This document shows, piece after piece, positions 38,620 through 50,300 of a stretch of DNA of 64,000 nucleotides. Source of the stretch: Lama guanicoe (taxonomy: Eukaryota); the NCBI GenBank assembly GCA_013239625.1, contig MU054098.1, forward strand, positions 620,001-684,000, given 5' to 3'. Every line of letters begins with the position of its first letter. Within the stretch, counting starts at the first letter, position 1. A program made the translations under genes and the position numbers. The notes below the pieces were generated by a model that was not told the DNA's origin, made no database searches, and saw only the letters and a program-made list of their open reading frames with translations.

Positions 38620-40860
38620 GAAATTTAGTACTTTCTGGTTTGACTTTTTTGGGGGGATATCATTTAACACTTATCTTTTGTTTATAGAAAAATCAATGAA
38701 ATTATTCTACTTTCTTCTTTCTCTTTCTCTTTCCCTTTCTCTTTTCTTCCCAATTTTAGTTGCATTGTTTCTAATTTGCTAGAATATATAACTATATATA
38801 TAAAATCATATAATATATAACTGTATTCTTCTGCCCTTATATCACCTTTATTTTTTTCTTAGCTCTAAAATGAAATATATTAAATGCTCATCATCCTGTT
38901 TTTTTGAGGAAAATTTCTCAATCATCCCTTTGTCAGATGAATCTCATCCACTATTCAATTTCTTAAGATGGACTTAATGGGTTTAGAATTCTCTGAGTTT
39001 AAAAAAAATTAAGCTTTTTATAGCCTTGATGACCAACTTGTCTGGATACAAACTCTTTGTTACCAACTCTAAGTATTTTTCTACTTTCAAACTTAAGATA
39101 TAATTTGCATACAGTAAAATTTACTCTTTTAAAAGTGCATATTGGAGCAAATCGTTTCTCAACTTTTAAGAAATATGTATATAACCACCATCACAATCAA
39201 GATATAGAATGTCTCTATAATACCAAATTTAATGCCCCTTTGGAGTCATCGTTCCACCTTCAGGTCCTGGAAACTAATGATCTGTTTTCTGTCTTTATAG
39301 ATTTGTCTTTGGAAGAATGTTCTGTAAGTGATTGGCTTTTAAAAAATAATGCTTCATTTTTGCTTAGCTTTGATTTTTTTTTAAATTATGAGGCCAGTCT
39401 GATTCTCTTACTTTTGTAAATCATTTCTTATTTTTGCCTAAAATCTCTGAAATATAAAGATTTTTCTTTATATTTAAAATCTAATGTCTCAGATATATCT
39501 CAGAGTTGATTGTTCCAGGTCAAATTTCTGGTACTGCATTGGCCCTATCAATATGTACATTTAGGCTCTCTTTTATTTCTAGAAAACTTTCCTAAGTTAT
39601 AGTTTTAAATATTATTCTCTTTCATTATTTTTTTTCCTTTTCAAAGATTCTCATTAGACACATATTGGATCTTTTTTTGCTGGTCTTCCATGTCAAACAG
39701 TTTCTTTCTGACCTCTTACCTCTTTATCATCTTATTTTCATTCTTTTCATTGTTTCCTTGTTTTTCTTTAGTGCTCCTTATTAAGTTTTCATATTAATCT
39801 ATTCTTCTTTAGGCACTTTTATTTTAATGGCCATTTCCAATATGATTTTGGGTTTTTTCCTTCTATTTTATTGTCCTGGGTTTAATCAACTTTTACTTTA
39901 TGTTGATGAATGTTTTTTATCCACTTCTTTTCTTAGTTTTTAGATTTCTACTTCAAGGTATTTTTTTATACCTTCAAATTGTTGAAATTTTGTTTCTTTT
40001 GAAGTATTTGTTATAATTTTCTTTTTTTATTCTTTATTTATGAGATTGTTCATGAAATACTCCTTTTTTTTTTTCCTGATTCTCATGTTCTGCTTTTTTT
40101 TCTATAATAGCTTGGCAAAGATGAAGATTGATTCCATTTTTGGTTTTGTACAACATGGCTGGCAGTTTGTGGGTGGTTTCTAAGATAATAAGCTCAAGAA
40201 TACCCTCTTCTCTTCATGTAACAAAGCATGATTTCTTTACTGAAATCGTAAAAAAAAAATTGGGGGTACAATGGAAGGCAGAAGTGGGAAGGGTTGATGG
40301 GTCCTACCATGTTGGCATTTTTTCATTTTGTAAGGTGATAAATTTTCCCCTCTTGCTTCTTCTTTCCTTCACGGTGCTTTTTTTTTTTCCCCCAAAACTC
40401 ATCTGTCCCTTCCTTTTTTAAGCCTTTTCTTTCTCCAAAGAGTTCCTTCTCCAAAACTGCTTTCTTGAGTTTTATGCACACTTCTAAGTCACTTCTCTAA
40501 AGGCTGAGTTTCCAGAGAAGATTTTCAGAATTTTCATACTTGGGGTCGACTTTCTTTCTTCTGATGATTTTAGATCAATCTTAGGCTTCCTACTAGCTTT
40601 CCTCCTCTCTCTTTCATGCAGTATTTCTTGAACTGTCCTTCCTCCACAAGACAGCAGGTGGTGGGGGCCTGATAGATAGCTCATTGTGATTGCCTATTTA
40701 TTTTTCTTCCAGATAATTTGGAATTTGGATGTTCTCTAAATTTTGGTGGTGGTTTTGTGTAGTTTCATTTGTTTTTGTTGTTCTTTACTGCTTGGAAGGG
40801 GGCGATGGATGTGTTAGGAGATTTGGATTTAGGGTGATGCCCTTTTTTGACCACCCATAT
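38620..40860 (-). mobile_element. Highly diverged HAL1/L1ME-like LINE remnant with a nested L1M 3' fragment (about 39080-39320)
   Basis: Long T-rich tract typical of antisense L1 ORF1-like sequence; nested AAGATATAATTTGCATACAGTAAAATTTACTC...CACCATCACAATCAAGATATAGAA L1M end. Confidence 0.5.
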
Positions 40861-42063
40861 ACTTTTAAGGGAGAAACTGTCAAAATGAGACAGATCTTAA
40901 AAGACATAGTATACCTTCTGAAGCACATTCATTCCAGTGACCTTTTCTTAAATAATTTGGAGCTATAGTGTGGTAAAATGCTCACAGAGAAGGTAAAATG
41001 CTTATGCTTTGAGGTTAATGCATCACTGAAACGCAATAAATATAAGAAAAGCATATTTCCTGAGAACACTATTTATAAAATGCCCATCGAGACAAACTGT
41101 TACCACTGTGTATTTATAACAGGATAACTAATTTTTAAGTTCCATAAGAAATTATGTTCTAGATGCAGTGATCTTCTTTTAGGATTTAAGAACTAGATGC
41201 ACTTTCAGTATTATTAATTCCAATCTAATTCCATTATACACTCCAGGGAACAGGGACTATTTCATTCCTTTGTGAGTTGAATATATCAGCAATAAAATTC
41301 AAACTGGATCTCCAACTTCCTAGCCAAGATACTCTGTAGTTTAGTAGAAGCAGTTTTGATTGTTCTTTATAAATATTAGCTAGAAATGAAAGTTAGGCTA
41401 AAATGAATAGGGCAAAGAGATGGCAGAAAATCAAAGAAAAATTTAAGACCTCTCTAAAATCGTATATCAAAACTTTCATGCTTTTATTGTGATAATATGA
41501 CCTTGCACTTATATAACTACTAATTAATTTGTTATTCCCATTTCCTTGTGAAAACATGAATTACAGACTCCAGGAAGATGAAGAATAGCTGTTATTGAGT
41601 GCTTATTACATACTAAGAACTCCGTTTGCCAACATTTAAGAGGATTATTTAAAAATATGTTTATTAAAGATGATAAGCCTCTTTAATCTTCTTAGTATGA
41701 AAGATGGTACTAAGTACGTGTCCTGCCCAGAACATAGGGGTAGGAGCCTGTTTCTTTCACTGTCCCATTCTGACAGCGGAAGGCAACTGTCATTGTTTAC
41801 AAATGACACTGAGCAAATAGAGTATCTATATGTGATTTCAATATATTATAACATGTTTGTTTTGCTTTTAGAAGACTCTGCTACTGATAGATTTAATAAA
41901 ATAAATATGATACACATATCCAATTTCTTCTGTCACACAATTTTCTTTTTTCATTTTCCAAATGATACAAGTTCAATAATTAACTTTATGAGTGTTTACT
42001 CTAATACCTGACACAAATTTATGACATGATCCGAGATTGAAAAACTACAAAAATTGTACTTAC

Positions 42064-42377
42064 CATAAAGAATTGCAAGCAGAGACAGTGGCATGACAAG
42101 TAGTCCCACCAGCATATCAGCAATGGCTAGGGACATTAAGAAGTAATTGGTGGCATTGTGTAGTTTCTTTTCCAAGCTTACTGCCATGATCACGAGAATG
42201 TTGCCACCTATAGTCAGGATTATTATTATGACGATTGAAAGTGCTGGCCAGTTTTGTACCCCGTCTGGGAATTTGAAGCGTCCACCATCGGAGGTATTGA
42301 AAATGTCAGTTACTATAGCTGCTACTGGGCTCACAGAAATATCGCATTGCCAAACCAATAGGCCAATTAGGTGCACA
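42064..42377 (-). CDS. HTR2C: 5-hydroxytryptamine receptor 2C, second coding exon (314 nt, residues about 12-117: rest of signal peptide, Cys23, N39 sequon, TM1, ICL1, TM2)
   Basis: Translation [104 protein letters not shown], with class A GPCR GN and LAxAD motifs. Acceptor TTTTCAG|T at 42378/42377; donor TATG|GTAAGT at 42064/42063. Confidence 0.98.
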
Positions 42378-42559
42378 CTGAAAATTAAGAAAAAAAAATA
42401 ATCAGGTACATATTATATTGCTTATACCCAATAAACTGCTTATATAAAACAACTGCTTTTTCTTTTTCAACAATCATTATTTTCATCATTATCATTTCTA
42501 CTGTCTTAATTAAATCTTGGTATTTCTTCTTTCTTCTTTCTATCCCCCAAATACTGACT

Positions 42560-42805
42560 TTTATTGAGTGCTTAATAAGACTCAGGCACTTAGCTTACTG
42601 AAATACATATAGATATATAATTTCATTTGATCTCATACAACATCCTCATGAGGTCCGTACTGATTTCTATCTATTATGTAGGTAAGGAGACTGAGGTTCA
42701 AAGAAGTTAAGTAACTTTCTCAAGGCAATATAGCCAGTAAGTAGCAGAGGAGAGGTTTGTATTCCAGTCCCATTGATTTCAAAGCCTGTGCTTTTTAGAT
42801 GTTTA
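42560..42805 (-). mobile_element. MIR SINE about 180 nt upstream of the second coding exon acceptor
   Basis: TTTATTGAGTGCTT...CAACATCCTCATGAGG...GGAGACTGAGGTTCAAAGAAGTTAAGTAACTTTCTCAAGG is antisense MIR. Confidence 0.8.
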
Positions 42806-44309
42806 CTGTATACAACCAATCTGAAACCACCTTATTGCTTGATTTGTTGCCTGACTTCATGCTGGCCCATAGTTTCTTAATATCTGTGCTATAAACTGTC
42901 TTCTACCGGACACTCTCCCCATTTTGGTTGTGGGTTTTCTGAGTCCTTTTCTAGGCTAGAAAATAGTTCGTGGTGATAATTAATTCCTATGGGTTTGCTG
43001 CTTTCCTATGCTGGAAATGCAATCTCTCAAGTCATTTAAAATGTACATTTCTCATGATGGTACTTGTGTAGATTCAGCTAGTAAAAATTGCAGGCCAAGT
43101 GGCAGACTATTGCAAGAGAGATGGATGTGGTTATGTTTTGTACATTTCAAATTAATTTCCCCTGATGGTGATATGAGATTTTTTTCGGGTTACACACATT
43201 AGTGTAAGTCCCTAAAGTGTCTAATAAAACTAACATTTATTTTTCTTAATAAAATATACAAGACAGGTGAGCATATTCAATACTTCCAGCTTAAAAGCAA
43301 GATTTATTATCTGCGAATGACTGTCTTATGTGTATTGTATGTTTAGTAATAGCTATTTAAGAAATATTAAGCAACAACTACACTGTATGTACTGATTGTT
43401 AAACCCTGATATTATTTATAGAGGAGAAAATTTCCTCTGTTGGTACGGTATGTGCTAACCAATTTTCCATGCAGGAAAATTACATGGGGAGATGGAACAC
43501 ATGACATTACAAAATCCAGAGTCTATGAGTTCCCCATAGATGCTTTTATTTCATTATCTCATTCACTTGCTCTTTGAAATAAAAATATTATCTTCATACA
43601 GGGAAAATATATGGGCAATTTGACTATCACTTATTATCAATCATCAGAGAAACTTGCAGTAGTAAAACTAGATGATTATGATGATCACAGTCATATCTAT
43701 AAAATTGTAAATGCACACACACACAAATGCGCACCATACTTTCTGAACTAAAACTGGAACAATGAGCCTGAAAAACTATTGGCATTATTTAAACTTAAGT
43801 AAAAATATTACAATAATTTTCTACCATATTTTTAAAGTGTTAAAAATTATTTCTCTTAATATCTTATTAATATACTTCATGTATTTTAAGATAATAAAGA
43901 AATCATGAAAATATTTTGACATTCTCATTCTACAAGGGATAAAAACTAGTACTTCAAACGTTTAGCTTAAAACTACTTCCTCATTAGTCAAAGCTACCTG
44001 ATATCCTAAGCAACGTGTCAGACGGGACATACATAGTAATTTTTATTCAAATAATGAGAAGTAATCATTAAATTCCTTCAAATGCCAAATGAATTTTTCC
44101 CTGGGACATAAAAAATTAAGCTAAAATTGTATATGATTCAAAAAGTCTGTATCATAATTAATCTGTGATTAAGGTGAATAGAAGTTACTGAAATAAAGGA
44201 CCAAATAAACAGAAGCAAGTTATTTGCTCTCAGCTTTGATTATTCTGTCACTGCATTTGTTGCATTTGACATATGGCCAATGTCCTGGCCACACGACCTT
44301 AATGGGTTT

Positions 44310-44455
44310 CTTTGACCAATCACTTAACTTCTCAGAATATCAATTTCCTCATCTATACAATGAGGATGATCTTTATCACATTGTTGTGAAAATTAAATGA
44401 TATATGTAAAGTTCTCAAAATAACACTTAGTCATGATAGGCCCTCAGTAACTGTT
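44310..44455 (+). mobile_element. MIR fragment
   Basis: TCACTTAACTTCTCAG...AATTTCCTCATCTATACAATGAGG...GTTGTGAAAATTAAATGA. Confidence 0.75.
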
Positions 44456-46767
44456 GGAGCTTAAGTTCTCTCTGCCTTCAGAGTTAAAAGTTTTTTTATG
44501 ATGGCTATACTCTAACTCAACGTATTTCAAAATTTGTCAAGAATTTAAGTCCTGGTTTTATTTTAAGAAGATACTTATTTATGCAGAACTGGGCTCAGTG
44601 ATTTTAAATTTTAAATCCAAGGTCTTTTCTACCTGATGAAAAATACGTTCTTCTGAAATTAAAAAAAAAAATTCTGGTTTAATTAGTTGATGATCATTTC
44701 TAGTAATTCCACAAGACTTTATGCTCACAATAATATGCAGCAACTTCAATTGACAGATGCAGAGCCACAAATATGTTTACTCCTAAGCCTAGAGAATATG
44801 GTCCTAACAGAATATGTTCAAGTTCAAATTTTCTAAGTGAATTGTAAAAACATCTAAATCTTTTCATATTTCTACATAAATGGTAGAAGAATGCAAGATA
44901 AAATTGTACATAACAAAAAATACATGAAAGACTGTGTCCAATTATGAATGTTATAATTTGAGCATCTTAGAAATTTGGGGTAGAAAAACTACTTTAAACA
45001 TTCATCTTGTCTACTTCCACTAGTCAAATATATTTTTATTTTTTATTAAAGAGTTTAGGAGACAAATACTGAATTATTGAAGAAACTTATAGAATCTAAA
45101 TATAACTATTATGAATTATTAAATAAAGTAATAGTGTTGGGAAAAATTCTAAAAGAGTTTTTACTTCAGTTTCCTGGTTTCAATTCAATTAAATTTAATC
45201 AAATCTTATTGAGTGTTATTTATGAGCAAATTATTATGATTTTTACTGGAATCATTCCTATTTTTTACAGTATTGTAATCAAGAATTGACTGCATTTTAA
45301 TTAAACCTAGTTTCTAATATTTACATGCTCAGTGAAAAACACACAGTCCTTTTACAAAAAAAGGAGTAGTTTAGGTCTAGTTCCTAAAGCTTATGTTAAT
45401 TGTTATTAAGCCCATAGAAGTCTCTTAAAGTATGTACACAAAATCACAATTTCTCTCTGAACAATTTAAATAATTCATTCATTGCGACTAAATTTTTAAT
45501 GAAAATATAATCTGACATTCCTGGTAGATAAACAAATCATAATTTGATTTAAAAGTCTGAGTACATTTTAAACCTACTGAGTTTTTTGCATGGTATATGA
45601 CAATGGGCATTATTAGAAGAGATGAATGGTCCCTTGTTTCCCTTGATAGAATGGGGAAAAGTCTATATGAATTCTTTAATTTCACACCAGAATAATTTGG
45701 AGCCCTTTAAGGTAGCCCTGCATTTTGGTATGTGGACTGATGGCTAGATACTAAGTTGGCACAGGCACATGGAGTAGGAACATTTATTCTTTCATTTTCC
45801 CATACCTGGCTCTCCTTTTCCCTTCTTTATCACTGTCCTTCACCCTGTTTTTTATCTGTCTGCTCTAGTTTTCTTGGAATCACGCATCCTTGAGACCATC
45901 ATCACTACAATATACAATGACGTCCAAGATGGGCTACAATGGCGCATATTGCAGAGGGGCCAGTGTTCACCTACTTTACATCTACACTGCTCTGTAAACT
46001 TTTTCCTCTGTGTGCTCTTTTGTAGGAATCATAGAGGAGACTGTGAAGGAGCAAGGTGATTCAAGGCTTTTCGATTGTACTGATTAGAGTTTAGTGTTTA
46101 GTCTTGAATCCTTTTTCTGATGCTGTCATTCCTCAAAGAGTAGGTTTAGAAGAAAACAACCTAACCTTTTACTAAGTTAGAAACAGGATACACCTGGATT
46201 AGATCACGTTTAGATTTGCTAAGTACTTGAGTCCACTTCTTACTTATCCCTTTCATGTTACATTCTGTTGACTTTAACTACTCAGTCATTGTATCAAGAC
46301 TTCTGAGAACAGCATTGTTTCCCTCTGCCCAGCTACATCCTCCAACCCTTACTCCCTGACTTCTGACCCATTCTTTTGCAACCACAACTATTCTTCATAA
46401 AACCAGAGGCTTATAAAACATTTTATTCTCTTGGCTGTTCAGTTTATTCAGGCAGGAAAAGGAAAGAGCCTTTCTTATTTCTACATTTTAATCATAGAGA
46501 AAGCAACCACAAGCATCAGAATTATTTTTTAATAATACTACTTGTTTGAATACATGGCTGATTGCGTTTATTTGGAGTTCAAATTATTGTTTTTTTCCCC
46601 CAATTATTATTTTTGATTAGGAAGCACCAATAATAGTCTATTGAAATGCAAATTATTTATGCAGATTGAGGCAATAGCTGAATGATCACACAAAAACCTT
46701 TCTAACATTTTTGAGCAAACTACTATAAAAAGGTTATTTAAAAAATAGTCAGTAATAGCATCCTTAC

Positions 46768-46802
46768 AGGAACGAGTGCACCGCTTTCCTCAGGTTCACC
46801 AT
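46768..46802 (-). CDS. HTR2C: 5-hydroxytryptamine receptor 2C, first coding segment (35 nt: MVNLRKAVHSF plus 2 nt of Leu12)
   Basis: Reverse complement reads AGCAATC ATG GTG AAC CTG AGG AAA GCG GTG CAC TCG TTC CT|GTAAGG, with donor GT at 46767-46766. It matches the HTR2C N-terminus and joins in phase 2 to T|GTG CAC of the next exon. Confidence 0.97.
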
Positions 46803-46878
46803 GATTGCTTTAGTCTTAAGCAACCAAAGTTTAAAATTGAGAAGAAATTAACAGATCGAATTCATTATGCCATCCTTT
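46803..46878 (-). other. HTR2C: 5'-UTR part of the HTR2C start-codon exon (whole exon 46768-46878, 111 nt)
   Basis: Long polypyrimidine tract ending TCTCTCCCCAG (AG at 46880-46879), then AAAGGATGGCATAATG...; resembles the human HTR2C 5'-UTR just upstream of the ATG as I recall it. Confidence 0.88.
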
Positions 46879-47186
46879 CTGGGGAGAGAGGAAAAGAGAA
46901 AGAAAATTAGTTAAAAGTTTAAACATTCAAGTAAATCAATGTAAATATACTTAAGTGATAAGAAACAAGCAATACTAAATATAGCAAATAGGTAAGCATG
47001 TTATATCATATAAGTGATAAAAATGGTAAAGAGAATAGATTTTCTATTTATTTACCAATATTCAGTCATCATAGTTTTTCTAAAATTTCCTGTATGTCTT
47101 TTATTTATGTGGGGCTTCTACTAAATCTCCCCCTGTTGGAGTACAAATCAATGTTTTAAGAAAGAGATTAAGAATATGCTTCTTAA

Positions 47187-47309
47187 GGGAGGGTGTAGCT
47201 CAGTGGTAGAACGCATGCCTGGCATACACAAGGTCCTGGGTTCAATCCCCAGTACCTCTATTAAGTAAGTAAATAAACCTCCTCCCACAAAAAACCCAAA
47301 AACAACAAC
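47187..47309 (+). mobile_element. tRNA-derived SINE (Vic-1-like) with perfect 17-bp TSD
   Basis: GGGAGGGTGTAGCTCAGTGGTAGAACGCATGCCTGGCATACACAAGGTCCTGGGTTCAATCCCCAGTACCTC; TSD AAGAATATGCTTCTTAA at 47170-47186 and 47310-47326. Confidence 0.95.
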
Positions 47310-50300
47310 AAGAATATGCTTCTTAATTTCCAAACCATTGGGAGAAGTTTGTGATCTAATAATTAAACAGCATGTGTAAAGTGAAAAAGGTTTCATCTTA
47401 TAGAAACGTGAAAAACTAAAACAAGTTTTAAGCATTTTTATAAAGTGAACATATTCTGTACCATATTTCTAACTTTTTTCCTTCAAAGTGAAGCAATCTG
47501 CATTTTCATAGATAGCTTTACTTATACTTTTGCATAAATCAACATCCAGAAGGTAGCAACAGGTTTATGCCAAAATAAATGAGTTGATCAAATTTACTAT
47601 ATTAAATATAACAACCATCCTATGTACCAACTAGTTAGTATCCAACATAGTATGCTACAGTCAGGGCACATGGAATAATGCTGAAAACTGCAAACAGAAG
47701 GTCAGTTGCCCTAGAGGAGTGAAACAAAAATCTTTATTTTCTTTTAGTTTTTTTATTGATTAAGAACTGACAATGCATCTTCAAAGGAACTAGGAAGGAA
47801 ACATGAAAACTCTACAAACATCAAAGAATTTCAGAGTGAGTACCTTTGATTTCTGTAGGCTATTTTGAAGGAGTTATTTGTTGCCTTGCAGAATCTCACC
47901 AAATATTTACATAACAGATTATTCACCACTTAGCTTTCACTGTATTCAGTGTGCAAAATTGTTGGCCAAGAGTAGACTGGATGCAAATTTGCTGAGGAGC
48001 TCTGCTGTGCTCCTTGCGGAGATAACATCTTTACATGGAGTAAAACACGTCACTATGAATCTTTATATTGATATTGAAGAAACACTCAGTGTTAATTCTA
48101 GTGATTAACACAGAGGCCCCTTGGTTTATCTGCCTAGCAATTTCTAACCAGAAATAGAATGGGTAAACCTCTCTGATCTTCATCTTGCCTTTTCTATATC
48201 TTCTATTTCAGGATTTCGATGATACTCTCTTCCTATACCAAACTTCTAACTGCATTCTTTTTGGGGATTGTGAACTATTATAAGAGTCAGGATTGTGATG
48301 TTAAGTTTGCATGAGGTGGGCTGTCACTGAGAAAAATTCAGTTGTGTATGTGTGTGACTGTTAATTTGCATGTGAGTGTGTGAGAGAGAATTGAATAGCT
48401 TGAGAACATAGAATAACATTGAAAGACCATCCCTTTTGTCTAATTTGTAAATATTTTCAAGAAATATGATAAAAACTTGTTGATAATCTTTTTTAGTGTT
48501 TTCAGTTCCTTTTAGAAATTTGGAAATAAAATTTTAACAGAACAAATTGCACCACCTTATTTTTCCCATCTCACTTAATAGCACTATTATTCTAGTTGCT
48601 CGTTACAAATTTAATTTATTCTCTCTTCTGATTCCTCTGCTCTCACTAGTGAGTTCTCTCAGTGCTACCTCCACAAAAATCTATCTCAAAAATCATCCTC
48701 TTAACTCCAGTATGAGAAATGTTCTATCAGTAATTCTACAAAAAGGGGAGGGGATGCAAAACCTCTTAAAGCCTTGAATAAGATAAATTAATAAGAGAAA
48801 CAAAAAGACGTAACAACACAACTCTAATTGAACACTCTGATCCACATACCTCTCAGACTCCACCAATCTTTCATAGTGGAATTCTTACGGTTATGTGCAC
48901 ACACGCATACACAAAATACTTGTGAATTCAAACATTCAAATTTGGGAGGACTTGTGTTTTATAAAGTAAAGAAAAAATCACTTGTGGGACAACTGACAGA
49001 GTAATTGATTAATTTTTAATGAGAATTTATATGATTTTCATATAAACTATGATCATGTAATAATATAAGAATGTTATAAGAAGATATATGTACATTTATA
49101 TGTGTGTAGATATATGTATTTGTGTGTATACATATAATTTTGTGTACAGAAAAACATTGATTAACCTGAAACTAATTGTCTCAAGCATGAAGAGAAAATC
49201 TCAGATTAAATCACAAAAATAAGTTCAGGTTCAGTGAATACATATTCAAACCAAGCTCCTGTTTCTTTCTTCAATATAAATCACAAACCTTTTCATGCTC
49301 TCTTTAAAGCTCTGTAAGATCTTCAAACTACATTTGTTAAGGCAAAAGAGGGGACAAATATTTGTTTTCATATAGTTCTTAATAGTATATAAGATATTAC
49401 AGAATAAACTTAATTAATGTGGAATTTTGATTAAGCAAAACTCATACCCTGAGTATTATATTTAATTGATGCCTATGAAATCTATACCCATATGGCAACA
49501 TATGTCATATGTCTTACAGCATATGTCATCAAAAATAGTATGAACACTTGAAAACAATTGACCCAAAATAGGATTTCCACTGTATATTCAGAAATAAACT
49601 TCAAACTATCAGAATCAATATCACTCACACAAATACTTAAAAGCCATTATTCATAATCATCTTGGAAGTGAAAATTAAAAAAGTAAAGACTGTGGGGGAG
49701 AAAGGTTGGCAAGAATTAAAAAGAGCAAAAGCTATTTTTGACTCTTCCAACATGGCCTCAGGCTAGATTTTGGAATTTGTTAATTTAATAGCTAATTGAT
49801 ATTCTTATTTGGTTCTGAATTTAAGAATGACCATGATGGGAACTGGTTAAGGTTGCTTCTGCATACAGCTCCGATTTTGACTTCTTAGTGGACTTAAAGG
49901 GTTTTGCATGGGCATGAGTTTAGACATGCTACACTTCCTGCATTCATTGGACAATAATGTGATGATTCACTTGAAGACCAGTGCCATGCTGTCTCTAAGG
50001 GATACCCAGTTTTTCATGCCAATATGCCATTCAAGTGGGATATATATGGCCATCCATGTGATCTGTAGAATACTGTATATTGAATTCTTTGGGAACACTA
50101 CAAAGATGAGAAAAGGAGATCACTTTTGCACATTATCTCAGTTTTACACATATTAAAGGTAGCTTATGAAGAAGCATCTACGTTGCCCTCTATCAGGAGA
50201 AAGAACAACAACAAGAGAAAAAACCCCATGATTTCGGATTCCAGTAAAGCCACAATTAGGGATTAAGTTTTAAGAGTCAACTGTTAAGCTAGTGGAGAGT

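Noticed and set aside
41996..42376. 126-aa ORF as a complete stand-alone gene
   Set aside because: Its start is a GTG just inside a splice acceptor, and the tail GKYNFCS...VLE is intron read-through past a perfect GTAAGT donor. The true start is at 46802.
45865..46000. Two weak hairpins between the coding exons as an H/ACA snoRNA
   Set aside because: No ANANNA hinge or correctly placed ACA on the host strand; stems are short and imperfect.
46025..46054. Possible 30-nt antisense (+) exon (TTTTGTAG...AAG|GTGATT)
   Set aside because: Splice-like signals of this strength are common by chance, and no partner exons were identified.
17495..47309. tRNA genes at the five A/B-box elements
   Set aside because: They have SINE tails, poly(A) and TSDs, and are diverged from each other, so they are SINEs.
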